Shown here piece by piece: positions 41,601-51,078 of a stretch of DNA of 64,000 nucleotides. The translations under genes were made by a program, and so were the position numbers. Positions within the stretch are counted from its first letter, which is position 1. Every line of letters starts with the position of its first letter. The stretch is from a virus, in IMG/VR virus record IMGVR_UViG_3300033146_000850, positions 1-64,000 of that record; one strand, 5' to 3'. The notes beneath the pieces are model-generated. The model made no database searches. It had not been told where the DNA came from and saw only the letters and a program-made list of their open reading frames with translations.

Positions 41601-41627
41601 TTAAATATTAAAAGGGGGTGACCACAT

Positions 41628-43658
41628 ATGATAACGTATAAACTTTGGAGTGAGGTTGACGCTGTAACATCAGGTGATATTGTAGTATATGGTAATGAAT
41701 TATGGGAGGCTACTTCTAATATTTCACCTGCTTATTATGGAGATAAAAGTAATACTCCAACATTCAGTCCAAATTGGAAAAAATCAAATAATACTCAATA
41801 TATTAATGTAAAATATATTAATCATTTTATAGAAGTTAAAATTGACACATCTGTTGATGATGTTACATTCATATTACCTGACCCATCTCTTAATAATAGA
41901 AAAGATATACACGTAGCTTTAAATACATCTGGCAATACATTGACAATTGAGACAAATACACCAACTGTCAAGATTAATAATAGTATAACTAGTATGGATT
42001 TTAATGTATCCGCTGATAGTATAGTACTTCATCCATCTAGTGATATAAATTATCAAATACGCTCGGAGGTTGCCGATAAACCACCTTTAGTTTTTTGTTG
42101 TAGACCAGGGTCAACGCAATCTTTTACAACTACATTAACCAATATTAATTATGATACAATATTATTAGATAAAGGTTCATTTGCTCATCTATCATCTGGG
42201 GAAATATATTTCGATATAGGTGGTATTTATAATATATCTGTATCATATGGTGGAAGAGTTACAAATAATAGTAGAACAGAGGTTAATGGATATTTACAAA
42301 TAAATAAAGGTAGTGGTTTTGTAAATGTTCCTGATTTACAACTTAATGCGTATCATAGACATATTAGTCAAGGTGCTGATGGTGACAGTCAAACAATATC
42401 ATTAGAAATAGAAGCTGGTGATATTATTCGTGTTCAAGTTGTTGGTGATGGTGGTTCTATTGAGACTATCCCTGCTAGTTGTACTATAAATATCACGGTA
42501 TCTAAAGGGTTGCGAGGTGAAAAAGGGGAAAAAGGTGAGCAAGGTTTTGATGGAGCAGATGGTGACATTACCTGGGAAGGTGGTTGGACAGCTGGAACAT
42601 ATCAAGAAAATATGGCAGTTGAATATAATGGGTCATCTTTTGTTTGTATTCAAAATGGAACGAATATTAATCCTGGCACACCAGACACCCCAAATTCTGG
42701 GTGGGAATTGCTTGCAAAAAAGGGGTCTGATGGTTCAGGGGCTACCATTAACGTATCCGAAGATGGAACTATGGCTACCAATACCCCACACGGAACTCTT
42801 AATTTCAAAAAAGGAGTTATTATTAGTGATGCTGGCGGAGGCGTTGCTGATATAAATATAGTGAATGTTCAACCTTATATTGGTAATAATGATGATGTTT
42901 TATTATTTATAAATGTAACTGGGGATATTTTTATCGCTGGGGATAATTTTGATAATAATATGTCTGTTGATTTAGGAAGTGATGTTACTGTAAATTATAT
43001 TGAGGCGTTGACACCAAATAATTTAAAAATTAACTATACTACAAGTTCAAGCATTCAATCCGCTGTTAATATTGAATTTACAAGAAACGGTATTCCATCA
43101 TTTGGTCACACTATTACTTGTACGGTCACTGATGTTATAATTGGAAATGGTGTTGCTGGAACGTGGGTTGAAAATTTCAACACATCATCCTGGAGTACAC
43201 CAAGATGGAATGTTGTAGAAGGTAGTAGTTTAACTAATTTTTTCCATACAGGAGTATCTACACCATCAGGTAATACTGGAGCAACTAGTGCATATGATGG
43301 TAATTTCTTATACGGTGAGAGGTCTAACCCTAATAATGGAGTTGGTAGCTCATACAATGCATATGCAGAAACTTCTGATTTTCATGATTTGACACAAGTT
43401 AGCTTTATGCTTCATAAATGGTCAAGTACACCATCAAATATGGGTGACCTAGTAATATATTCACAAAATTCTAATAACACGTGGACGGAAAGATGGAGAC
43501 ATACTGGAAATGAACAGACAGCACAAGGTGACGCTTTTGTTCAAATTACTCTTAATGCAATTCCCTGGGATTGTAAAGGAATTAGAATAATGTTCGAGGC
43601 GGTTTCTAGTTATATGTCTGATATTTGTATCGATGATGTCGAAATTATTTCAATTTAA
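41628..43658 (+). CDS. Multi-domain fibre protein: short collagen-like segment, carbohydrate-binding-like modules, C-terminal MAM-like domain
   Basis: GLRGEKGEKGEQGFDGADG; W.AGTY....VEYNGSSFVC; FLYGERS...SDICIDDVEI. Confidence 0.7.
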   Translation: MITYKLWSEVDAVTSGDIVVYGNELWEATSNISPAYYGDKSNTPTFSPNWKKSNNTQYINVKYINHFIEVKIDTSVDDVTFILPDPSLNNRKDIHVALNTSGNTLTIETNTPTVKINNSITSMDFNVSADSIVLHPSSDINYQIRSEVADKPPLVFCCRPGSTQSFTTTLTNINYDTILLDKGSFAHLSSGEIYFDIGGIYNISVSYGGRVTNNSRTEVNGYLQINKGSGFVNVPDLQLNAYHRHISQGADGDSQTISLEIEAGDIIRVQVVGDGGSIETIPASCTINITVSKGLRGEKGEKGEQGFDGADGDITWEGGWTAGTYQENMAVEYNGSSFVCIQNGTNINPGTPDTPNSGWELLAKKGSDGSGATINVSEDGTMATNTPHGTLNFKKGVIISDAGGGVADINIVNVQPYIGNNDDVLLFINVTGDIFIAGDNFDNNMSVDLGSDVTVNYIEALTPNNLKINYTTSSSIQSAVNIEFTRNGIPSFGHTITCTVTDVIIGNGVAGTWVENFNTSSWSTPRWNVVEGSSLTNFFHTGVSTPSGNTGATSAYDGNFLYGERSNPNNGVGSSYNAYAETSDFHDLTQVSFMLHKWSSTPSNMGDLVIYSQNSNNTWTERWRHTGNEQTAQGDAFVQITLNAIPWDCKGIRIMFEAVSSYMSDICIDDVEIISI

Positions 43659-43660
43659 AC

Positions 43661-43689
43661 TTGACAAATCATAAATTATAATGTAATAT
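43661..43689 (+). promoter_or_regulatory. sigma70-type promoter
   Basis: TTGACA-17 nt-TAATAT. Confidence 0.55.
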
Positions 43690-43722
43690 GTTTTTGTTGT
43701 TATTTATTTTAGAGGTTTAATT

Positions 43723-44706
43723 ATGAAGTTAGAAAATATTGGATTCTATAGTTTATATGATGAACGTGTTAAAAATGTTAGTCCAAAATCTCAAATGAAA
43801 AGATGTGAAATGATTATTACTGAATATTGTAATTTCAAATGTCCATATTGTAGAGGTTTGGATAATGGGATATATGGTGATAGGAAAAAGAAAGAATTAT
43901 CTTTTGATGAAATTAAAAGAAATATTGATTTGTGGTGTTTAAATGAACCTCTTGAAAATATTAGATTTTCAGGTGGTGAGCCAACTTTACATTCAGACAT
44001 AGTCAACATTGTTAAATATGCTAAATCTAAAAAAATTAAAAGAATAGCAATATCAACTAATGGGTCTAATAACATTGATTTATATAAAGAACTTATTGAT
44101 GCTGGTGTTAATGATTTTTCTATATCTTTGGATGCTAATTGTTCATCAGATGGCGATATGCTGGCTGGTTACATTGAGGGTTCTTGGAATATAGTTGTTG
44201 AAAATATTAAAATATTATCAAAATTGACATATGTAACGGTTGGTGTGGTGTTATCACCTGATAATATATCCAACACTGTATCAACCATTAATTTTGCACA
44301 CGACTTAGGAGTTGATGATATTAGAATTATATCATCCGCACAATGGAATAAACCTATTCCTGGATTAAAAAAGGTTAGTAAAGAGGTTCGGGATGCTCAT
44401 CCAATCTTAAATTATAGAATAGAACATTTTGCAAATGGTAGAAATGTTAGAGGAATAAAAGCAACTGATTCTAATAAATGTTCATTGGTTTTAGATGATA
44501 GTGTTATTGCTGGTGATTATCATTTTCCTTGTGTAATATATATGAGAGAGAAGGGTGCTCCTATTGGTAAAATAAATACTAATATGAGAAATGATAGAGT
44601 TAAATGGTTTGAAACCCATAACACTTATTTAGATGATATTTGTAGAAATAATTGTTTAGACGTTTGTATAGACTATAATAACAAATATAATTGTTATAAA
44701 CATTAA
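43723..44706 (+). CDS. Radical SAM protein with C-terminal Cys cluster (SPASM/twitch-like)
   Basis: CNFKCPYC, FSGGEP, ISTNGS, SISLD; C-terminal PC..C..CLDVC. Confidence 0.9.
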   Translation: MKLENIGFYSLYDERVKNVSPKSQMKRCEMIITEYCNFKCPYCRGLDNGIYGDRKKKELSFDEIKRNIDLWCLNEPLENIRFSGGEPTLHSDIVNIVKYAKSKKIKRIAISTNGSNNIDLYKELIDAGVNDFSISLDANCSSDGDMLAGYIEGSWNIVVENIKILSKLTYVTVGVVLSPDNISNTVSTINFAHDLGVDDIRIISSAQWNKPIPGLKKVSKEVRDAHPILNYRIEHFANGRNVRGIKATDSNKCSLVLDDSVIAGDYHFPCVIYMREKGAPIGKINTNMRNDRVKWFETHNTYLDDICRNNCLDVCIDYNNKYNCYKH

Positions 44707-45174
44707 TTAATCAGTGATAATAATATCACATAGAGAATCCATTGTTTTTTGATTTATAGTTTCAGGAAAATTTTCAATTTTTATCTTGTAAATATCAATA
44801 TCAACCTCTTCTTCCATAAAATTAGAATACTCTGTCGATTCCTGTTCATATTTTTCAATTACATTTTTATATCTTTCTTTTAATTCTTCAAAATCAGAGT
44901 TTAATTGTTCCATATCTTTAATTTTAGGGGTTTGGGTTTGCACATTCTCCCAATCAATACTCCCATCTTCATTTTTAACTGCATTTTTAACAAGCATTTC
45001 AACTCTTTCTTTTTCATAAGCCTCATCTATTTTTGGTTTATGCTCTTCAACCATTTTAAGCTCTTCTAGTATTATCTTCTTATTTCTAGATATTGCATAT
45101 GCAAATTTCACTGGATACACACCTGTTAATCCATTAAGTGTCGAATAAATGTTAGCTAAATCATTTCTGTTCAT
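44707..45174 (-). CDS. Hypothetical phage protein (possibly DUF1617-like)
   Basis: PVKFAYAISRN motif; GAGG RBS. Confidence 0.6.
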   Translation of the reverse strand: MNRNDLANIYSTLNGLTGVYPVKFAYAISRNKKIILEELKMVEEHKPKIDEAYEKERVEMLVKNAVKNEDGSIDWENVQTQTPKIKDMEQLNSDFEELKERYKNVIEKYEQESTEYSNFMEEEVDIDIYKIKIENFPETINQKTMDSLCDIIITD

Positions 45175-45191
45175 TGTCTTACCTCTTTTTA

Positions 45192-46559
45192 TTATAATTG
45201 TTTAACTGCTAAGTCCGCAAGTTCAGACCGTTCACCTTTTTCCAATACTATATGTCCTGTTAATGGGGAATTCTTCAATCTATCCATTGTATAAATTAAT
45301 CCATTATTTTCTTTTGTTAAATATGGATTATCTATTTGATATGGGTCACCGGTTAAAATTATTTTTGTACCCTCCCCAGCTCTTGAAATAATAGTTTTAA
45401 TTTCAAACGCATTTAAATTTTGTGATTCATCTATAATTATAAATTGATTGGGTATGCTTCTACCTCTAATATATGTTAAAGCCTCTACTTGTAAAAATTC
45501 ACTTTCTAACAGCTCGGATACATTTTTAAAATCATATTTTCCAACCCCTGATAAATAATTATTGTTTTCAACCAATATATATTCAAGATTATCAATAATT
45601 GGTTGTGTCCAAGGTGTTAATTTTTCTTCAATAGTACCTGGTAAATATCCTATATCATTACCCATTGGAAAAATTGGTCTAGCCACTGTTAATTTATTAT
45701 ATTTACCATCTTCAATAACCTCTCTTATTCCTGATGCGATTGCCAATAATGTTTTACCAGTACCAGCGGCACCTATTAAACTGACTAATTGGATTGAAGG
45801 GTTTAATAACATATCTACAGCAATAGTTTGTTCTATATTTCTAGCATTAATACCAGCAACTTTATTTTTTTTACCTTTATATTCTTTTATTCTAACAAAA
45901 GTAGGTTGTTGATTTTTAGGTTCTGAGTATCTAACAATAACCTGATTTTGATTATCCCCTTTATTTTTAAATAGAAAATATTCATTGGGATATTTATCCT
46001 CAAGGTCTTCGATTCTATCGATATCAACGTATCCATTATTATAAATTTCAGAAATAATATCTCCATTTACTAACAATGTTCTAAATCCTTTAGATAAATT
46101 AGAAAAATTAACAGAATCTGTAGTATACGTTTCAGTATTCAATCCCATTATATCCCCTTTTATCCTAACATTAACATCCCTACTCACAAGAGTGACATTA
46201 TTTGTGCTATTATTTTCATCATCTCTTATTTTGCAAGCTGTAGCTAGTATTATGTTATCATTTATAGATAAATCTAATTCATAACACATTAATTGTTTAG
46301 TCTTAAATTGTACGATTTGTATAATACCACCATTCTCGGTTGCCACACCATCTATAAGACTACCTTTTGTTCTTAATTTATCAATTTCTCTGGAAAAGTT
46401 TCGTGCGGAATACCCTAATTGACCTGTATCTTTTTTAAATTTGTCAATTTCTTCAATTACAACCATTGGAATAATGACAATATTGTCTTGAAAATTCAAT
46501 AAAGCCTTTGGTTCCGATAGAATCACGTTTGTGTCTAAGATAAATATTTTCTTATCCAT
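45192..46559 (-). CDS. phoH: PIN-domain + PhoH ATPase (PhoH2-type)
   Basis: ILDTNV, VIEEID, NDNIIL, SRDVNVR (PIN); GAAGTGKT, GYLPG, RGRS, DESQN, GDPYQID. Minus-strand TATAAATA at 46598-46605. Confidence 0.95.
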   Translation of the reverse strand: MDKKIFILDTNVILSEPKALLNFQDNIVIIPMVVIEEIDKFKKDTGQLGYSARNFSREIDKLRTKGSLIDGVATENGGIIQIVQFKTKQLMCYELDLSINDNIILATACKIRDDENNSTNNVTLVSRDVNVRIKGDIMGLNTETYTTDSVNFSNLSKGFRTLLVNGDIISEIYNNGYVDIDRIEDLEDKYPNEYFLFKNKGDNQNQVIVRYSEPKNQQPTFVRIKEYKGKKNKVAGINARNIEQTIAVDMLLNPSIQLVSLIGAAGTGKTLLAIASGIREVIEDGKYNKLTVARPIFPMGNDIGYLPGTIEEKLTPWTQPIIDNLEYILVENNNYLSGVGKYDFKNVSELLESEFLQVEALTYIRGRSIPNQFIIIDESQNLNAFEIKTIISRAGEGTKIILTGDPYQIDNPYLTKENNGLIYTMDRLKNSPLTGHIVLEKGERSELADLAVKQL

Positions 46560-46699
46560 ATTACCACCTAAAATCAAGTTAATAACGTCTCATATCTTAT
46601 TTATATCTATAAGATTTAAAAGAAAATTTAAAATTTATTTTGTTTATGGTCAATATTATGATAAATAATATAGTGGAATGATTATTATTGAGGATTATT

Positions 46700-47005
46700 A
46701 TGAAAATAGATGTAACTTATGCTTTTATATCTGGAGCATTATTTGTTTATACTGATTCTACAGCTGAAAATAGTATTGAAAAACAATTAGTTAAAAATTT
46801 TGGTGATGCAGTTCAGTTTATGATTAGAGATAAGTTAAAAGGTTTGGATACTGATGATGGCAATTTTTTAGGTATTAATTTTAATGAGGAAAAACAAAAA
46901 AATGTTGAAATTATAATAAAAAGAGTTGTTAATACAGTATCTATTGAGTTTAAATGTCCTTTTAAATTAAATATCAAATATGTGAGGGATGAATATGACA
47001 AATAA
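46700..47005 (+). CDS. Hypothetical protein
   Basis: GAGG RBS; GATAAATA at 46660. Confidence 0.6.
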   Translation: MKIDVTYAFISGALFVYTDSTAENSIEKQLVKNFGDAVQFMIRDKLKGLDTDDGNFLGINFNEEKQKNVEIIIKRVVNTVSIEFKCPFKLNIKYVRDEYDK

Positions 47006-47630
47006 ATTTACAATCATTAGTGATATAGATGATGTTGTCCGTGATTTAAAAAATAAAATAAAGGAATCAATGAATCTTTTTTATAAAACTGATAAATGGG
47101 GTGATTATTTTTTAAAAAATGAAAAAATAACGGATTTATTCAACTGGTACAGGGTTCAACCCTTTTATCATAATCTTTTTAAAAATTGCGATATGAATGA
47201 TGATTTAATTATTAGATATATTGAAATATGTAAGAAATATGGCTGTGAATTACATTTTTTATCATCAAATGATAATGAAAAAGCTATAAACAACACTAAA
47301 AATGAGTTTTTATTGAATTATGGGATTAAATTTGACAATATGCATTTTGTTAATAACTGGTTTGAAAAATTAGACAAAGTTATTAATAATCCTGATATTT
47401 TTGGTGGTGATTTGACTAAAATTATATATATCGATGATAGGGCTGACACTTGTCAATTATTTATCGATAATGGAATCACTTCTTTTTGGTTTACAGGTTA
47501 TGGTGATGATAATAATAGAGATAATTGGATTCGATTGGATGAAAAATATGAAAATTTGAATTATGGTGGAAATGATGAATTATTATTATTTATTGAAAAT
47601 ATAATCCATCATAAATATAGTAGTATGTAG
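46989..47630 (+). CDS. HAD-superfamily (5'-nucleotidase-like) protein
   Basis: SDIDDVV motif I, LSS motif II, YIDDR motif IV. Confidence 0.7.
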   Translation: MNMTNKFTIISDIDDVVRDLKNKIKESMNLFYKTDKWGDYFLKNEKITDLFNWYRVQPFYHNLFKNCDMNDDLIIRYIEICKKYGCELHFLSSNDNEKAINNTKNEFLLNYGIKFDNMHFVNNWFEKLDKVINNPDIFGGDLTKIIYIDDRADTCQLFIDNGITSFWFTGYGDDNNRDNWIRLDEKYENLNYGGNDELLLFIENIIHHKYSSM

Positions 47631-47651
47631 TAACTTTTTAGGAGTAATAAG

Positions 47652-49277
47652 ATGTCAAAAACTATTTTATTAGGTGATGAGGGGAAAACAAAGATTATGA
47701 ACGGTGTTAACACGTTAGCTAATGCTGTAAAAATAACACTAGGACCGAGTGGGCGTAATGTTATCATTGGTAGAGGTTATGGTGGGGCACACGTAACAAA
47801 GGATGGGGTAACGGTAGCTACAAATATTGAATTAGAGGATACTGTAGAGAATGAAGGTGCTAAATTTATTAGAGAAGTAGCATCTAGAACTAATGATGTT
47901 GCTGGTGATGGAACAACAACAGCCACAGTTTTAGCACAGAGCATACTTAGTAATGGATATTCTCTTTCTCGTGATAAAAATTATAATTATATTGGTATTA
48001 AAAGAGGTATAGACTTCGCTATTGATACGGTTATCTCAAAAATAAATAAAATGGCTAGAAAAATCGAAACATCTAAAGAAATTGAAAATATTGGAACAAT
48101 ATCTGCAAATAATGATAGAGAAATTGGTAAAATTTTAGCAGATGCAATGGATGAGGTTGGTAGAGATGGTGTTATAACCATAGAAAGTGGAACTGGTATG
48201 GACACATCATTAGAAATAGTTGAGGGTATGCAATTTGATAGAGGATATGTGTCACCATATTTCTCAACAAATGAAGATTTGAGTTGTACATTAGAGAATC
48301 CATATATACTAATATATGATAAACCTATTAGTAATTTGAAAGATATCGTTCCAATTCTTGATATTATCATTAAAGAGAGTCGTCCATTATTAATAATATC
48401 TGATGGTGTTACTGCGGATGCATTGCAAGGTCTCATTATTAATAAAATGAATAATATTTTAAAGGTATGTGCAGTCAATGCCCCTGAATTTGGGAAAGCA
48501 AAGTATGATGCACTTCAAGATATTTCTATCTTGACTGGTGGAACATTCATATCAGATGAATTAGGTATTAAATTACCAAATGTGAATATTGATATGTTGG
48601 GAAAAGCCAAGAAAGTTGTTGTCACTGCAAATAATACTATGATTATTGATGGATTAGGCTCGGATGATGAAATCGAGAAACGAGCTAGAAATATAAAAAC
48701 ACTTATTGATAATACTAATATAGATAGTGAAAAAGAACAACACCAAAGAAGATTAGCTAAACTTATTGGTGGTGTTGCAATTGTTAAAATTGGAGCAACA
48801 ACTGAAACAGAAATGAAAGAAAAGAAGGATAGAGCAATTGATGCTCTAAACGCCACAAAATCAGCCGTAGAAGAAGGAATCGTAGCTGGGGGTGGCGTAG
48901 CATTAGTTAAGGCACAAAAGAGCTTAGAAGCGATTATTGACAACAATAAAGATTTAGATGATTCTGAATTATTGGGAGTGTCTATTGTTAAAATGGCGAT
49001 AGAGTCACCTTTCAATCAAATTTTAAGTAATTTAGGATATTCTAGTGAAAAAATATCAGATATTAAGAGATATATTGATTCGACCCATATTAATTATGGA
49101 TACGATGCAAAAAATGAAAAATTTGTTGATATGATTGAGAGCGGAATAATTGACCCAGCTAAAGTAACTAAAAATGCGTTAAAAAATGCGGGGTCTATTG
49201 CTGGTACAGTATTAACAACGGAAGTTGTAATAGTTGAAAATTTAGAACCTGGTGTAGATATGCATTTACCAAAATAA
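47652..49277 (+). CDS. groEL: Chaperonin GroEL
   Basis: TLGPSGRNV, TKDGVTVA, GDGTTTATVLA, GMQFDRGY, GIVAGGG, GIIDPAKV. Confidence 0.98.
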   Translation: MSKTILLGDEGKTKIMNGVNTLANAVKITLGPSGRNVIIGRGYGGAHVTKDGVTVATNIELEDTVENEGAKFIREVASRTNDVAGDGTTTATVLAQSILSNGYSLSRDKNYNYIGIKRGIDFAIDTVISKINKMARKIETSKEIENIGTISANNDREIGKILADAMDEVGRDGVITIESGTGMDTSLEIVEGMQFDRGYVSPYFSTNEDLSCTLENPYILIYDKPISNLKDIVPILDIIIKESRPLLIISDGVTADALQGLIINKMNNILKVCAVNAPEFGKAKYDALQDISILTGGTFISDELGIKLPNVNIDMLGKAKKVVVTANNTMIIDGLGSDDEIEKRARNIKTLIDNTNIDSEKEQHQRRLAKLIGGVAIVKIGATTETEMKEKKDRAIDALNATKSAVEEGIVAGGGVALVKAQKSLEAIIDNNKDLDDSELLGVSIVKMAIESPFNQILSNLGYSSEKISDIKRYIDSTHINYGYDAKNEKFVDMIESGIIDPAKVTKNALKNAGSIAGTVLTTEVVIVENLEPGVDMHLPK

Positions 49278-49290
49278 AATTAAAAATTTG

Positions 49291-49331
49291 ACTTAGTCAT
49301 CAATTTGTGATATTATTATTGATGACTAAGT
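49291..49331. terminator. Long hairpin between convergent genes (bidirectional terminator candidate)
   Basis: acttagtcatcaat...attgatgactaagt. Confidence 0.65.
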
Positions 49332-49335
49332 TATT

Positions 49336-49614
49336 TTATAATGATAATTTTATTTTAACAGGTCGTTTTGAGAAACTTTTAAAATCGGGTCTAGATTTGA
49401 TATCTTTGATTGCTTCGGATGCGTTTTTGGCAAACGAATACACGGTCATACTAGCACCACCGTGTATGGTGTAAATATCCGCAATGAATGCTGGTTGTGA
49501 TTTAGTTTTTTGTTTCTTCATTAAGCCAGATATTGTTTTTTTAACTTCTCTATCTGCACGCTCTTGTTCGATTGATTTTTTAGTTTCTGTTATTAATAGG
49601 TCTTTAAAATTCAT
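49336..49614 (-). CDS. Small basic protein with internal-protein-like leader
   Basis: GGAG RBS then MNFKDLLITE. Confidence 0.65.
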   Translation of the reverse strand: MNFKDLLITETKKSIEQERADREVKKTISGLMKKQKTKSQPAFIADIYTIHGGASMTVYSFAKNASEAIKDIKSRPDFKSFSKRPVKIKLSL

Positions 49615-49674
49615 AATACGCTCCATTAAATAATATTGGGGTTTATTTTATTTATTATTTTATTGAGGGATTAT

Positions 49675-49956
49675 ATGACAAATAAATATGATAAAGTTAT
49701 TAAACAAGCTACTTATTGTTTAGATAGTTTGGAGAATGGTAAACATTCTAATCAAATTATGGAAATGTCTTTTATTATAAGGGGGATATTATCCCATTTT
49801 AAACGTAAAAAAACATTGTCTGATAGACAGATAGACACTGTTTATAAATTTAATAGTATGCTAATAACAGATAGATACAATAACAAAGTTATTGAATTAT
49901 ATAATGAATATCAAAAAGAAATTCATAATTATTGGGAGAATATTCAAGAATTATAG
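49675..49956 (+). CDS. Hypothetical protein
   Basis: GAGGG RBS before ATG 49675. Confidence 0.6.
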   Translation: MTNKYDKVIKQATYCLDSLENGKHSNQIMEMSFIIRGILSHFKRKKTLSDRQIDTVYKFNSMLITDRYNNKVIELYNEYQKEIHNYWENIQEL

Positions 49957-49965
49957 GAGGTTGGT

Positions 49966-50376
49966 ATGAATAATAATGAGTTTTTAAATGTTTTTGATGG
50001 AATATTTAATAATAAGAATAACAAATATCAAAATGATTATGATTACCAAGATGATGAAAAACCAACAGCTTTAAAAACTAATATATATAAAGATAAAGTG
50101 TCTAATAGATATATTGTAATTGCTGAAATAAAAGATTGTAAAAAAACAGATATATGTATTTCTTATGATTCAAATGAACGCATATTATCAATTAAAGCAA
50201 AAATAGGAAAACATTTAAATTTTCCACTTACAAATATATCAACTCTTAATGAACAAATAAAATACGAAGAGCGTGAAACTACTATTCATTTTAAATATGC
50301 AAACATATTATTTGATGAAATATATCAAAACATTGAAAATTCATATTTATATTTATATATTCCAACAATAAAATAA
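49966..50376 (+). CDS. Divergent Hsp20/alpha-crystallin small heat-shock protein
   Basis: NIYKD...YIVIAEI...KKTDICIS...ILSIKA and ENSYLYLYIP follow the Hsp20 pattern. Confidence 0.6.
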   Translation: MNNNEFLNVFDGIFNNKNNKYQNDYDYQDDEKPTALKTNIYKDKVSNRYIVIAEIKDCKKTDICISYDSNERILSIKAKIGKHLNFPLTNISTLNEQIKYEERETTIHFKYANILFDEIYQNIENSYLYLYIPTIK

Positions 50377-50390
50377 AAATCAAAATAAAC

Positions 50391-50419
50391 TTGACAAACA
50401 TATTTTTATGTGATATATT
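50391..50419 (+). promoter_or_regulatory. sigma70-type promoter with extended -10
   Basis: TTGACA-17 nt-TATATT, preceded by TG. Confidence 0.7.
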
Positions 50420-50454
50420 ACATTTGACTATTTTTTACTTTTAAGGAGATTGAC

Positions 50455-51066
50455 ATGACAAAAAATGCAAACAATGAGTTTAGTTTGAATGATTTATTAA
50501 TGAGTATGTTTAACCCATCGGAATATATGTCTGATAGTATTCTAAATGGATTGGATGAAGAAGTTGATATGTTTAAAAAAACTAAAGACGGATATTCCAT
50601 AGAGGATATCCTTGTAGAATTATCCAATAAGATGGTAGAAAGAAAAAAACCAACAAAAACAAGACCTAAAAGAACAAACACAAATAAAGAGTATGATAAT
50701 CAATCCAATGATTTAAAGTTTAAAATTACTAGAGGAATTGATTCTAACAAAAAAGAAATGATATATGTTACATTAGAATTAGTTAAAGCTATTTGTAACG
50801 ATATATATGTTGAGTTTATATCTAGTATGAATATTATAGAGGTGCAATGGAGTGATTCAATTAGAGCATCCAAAAAAGATGAAGAGGTTTTATATTATAA
50901 CACAGATAAAAAAACTAATAATAAAACAATTGCGTTAGATATTCCTGATAATTATATTGTTGATAAACATAACATTACAGTAAATCAAAAACAGGATTGC
51001 GTAATACTATATTTACCAATTGAACCAAAAGTTAAAAGTGAAGAAAACTTTAGTATAAAATTATAA
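50455..51066 (+). CDS. Second, more divergent Hsp20-like protein
   Basis: IYVTLEL...DI.V; LDIPDNYIVDKHNITV...VILYLP; C-terminal FSIKL. Confidence 0.45.
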   Translation: MTKNANNEFSLNDLLMSMFNPSEYMSDSILNGLDEEVDMFKKTKDGYSIEDILVELSNKMVERKKPTKTRPKRTNTNKEYDNQSNDLKFKITRGIDSNKKEMIYVTLELVKAICNDIYVEFISSMNIIEVQWSDSIRASKKDEEVLYYNTDKKTNNKTIALDIPDNYIVDKHNITVNQKQDCVILYLPIEPKVKSEENFSIKL

Positions 51067-51078
51067 AAGAGGTTAGCT

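Noticed and set aside
47987-49015. Antisense ORFs (163 and 166 aa) within groEL, and similar shadows elsewhere
   Set aside because: Fully overlap confident genes; explained by codon bias.
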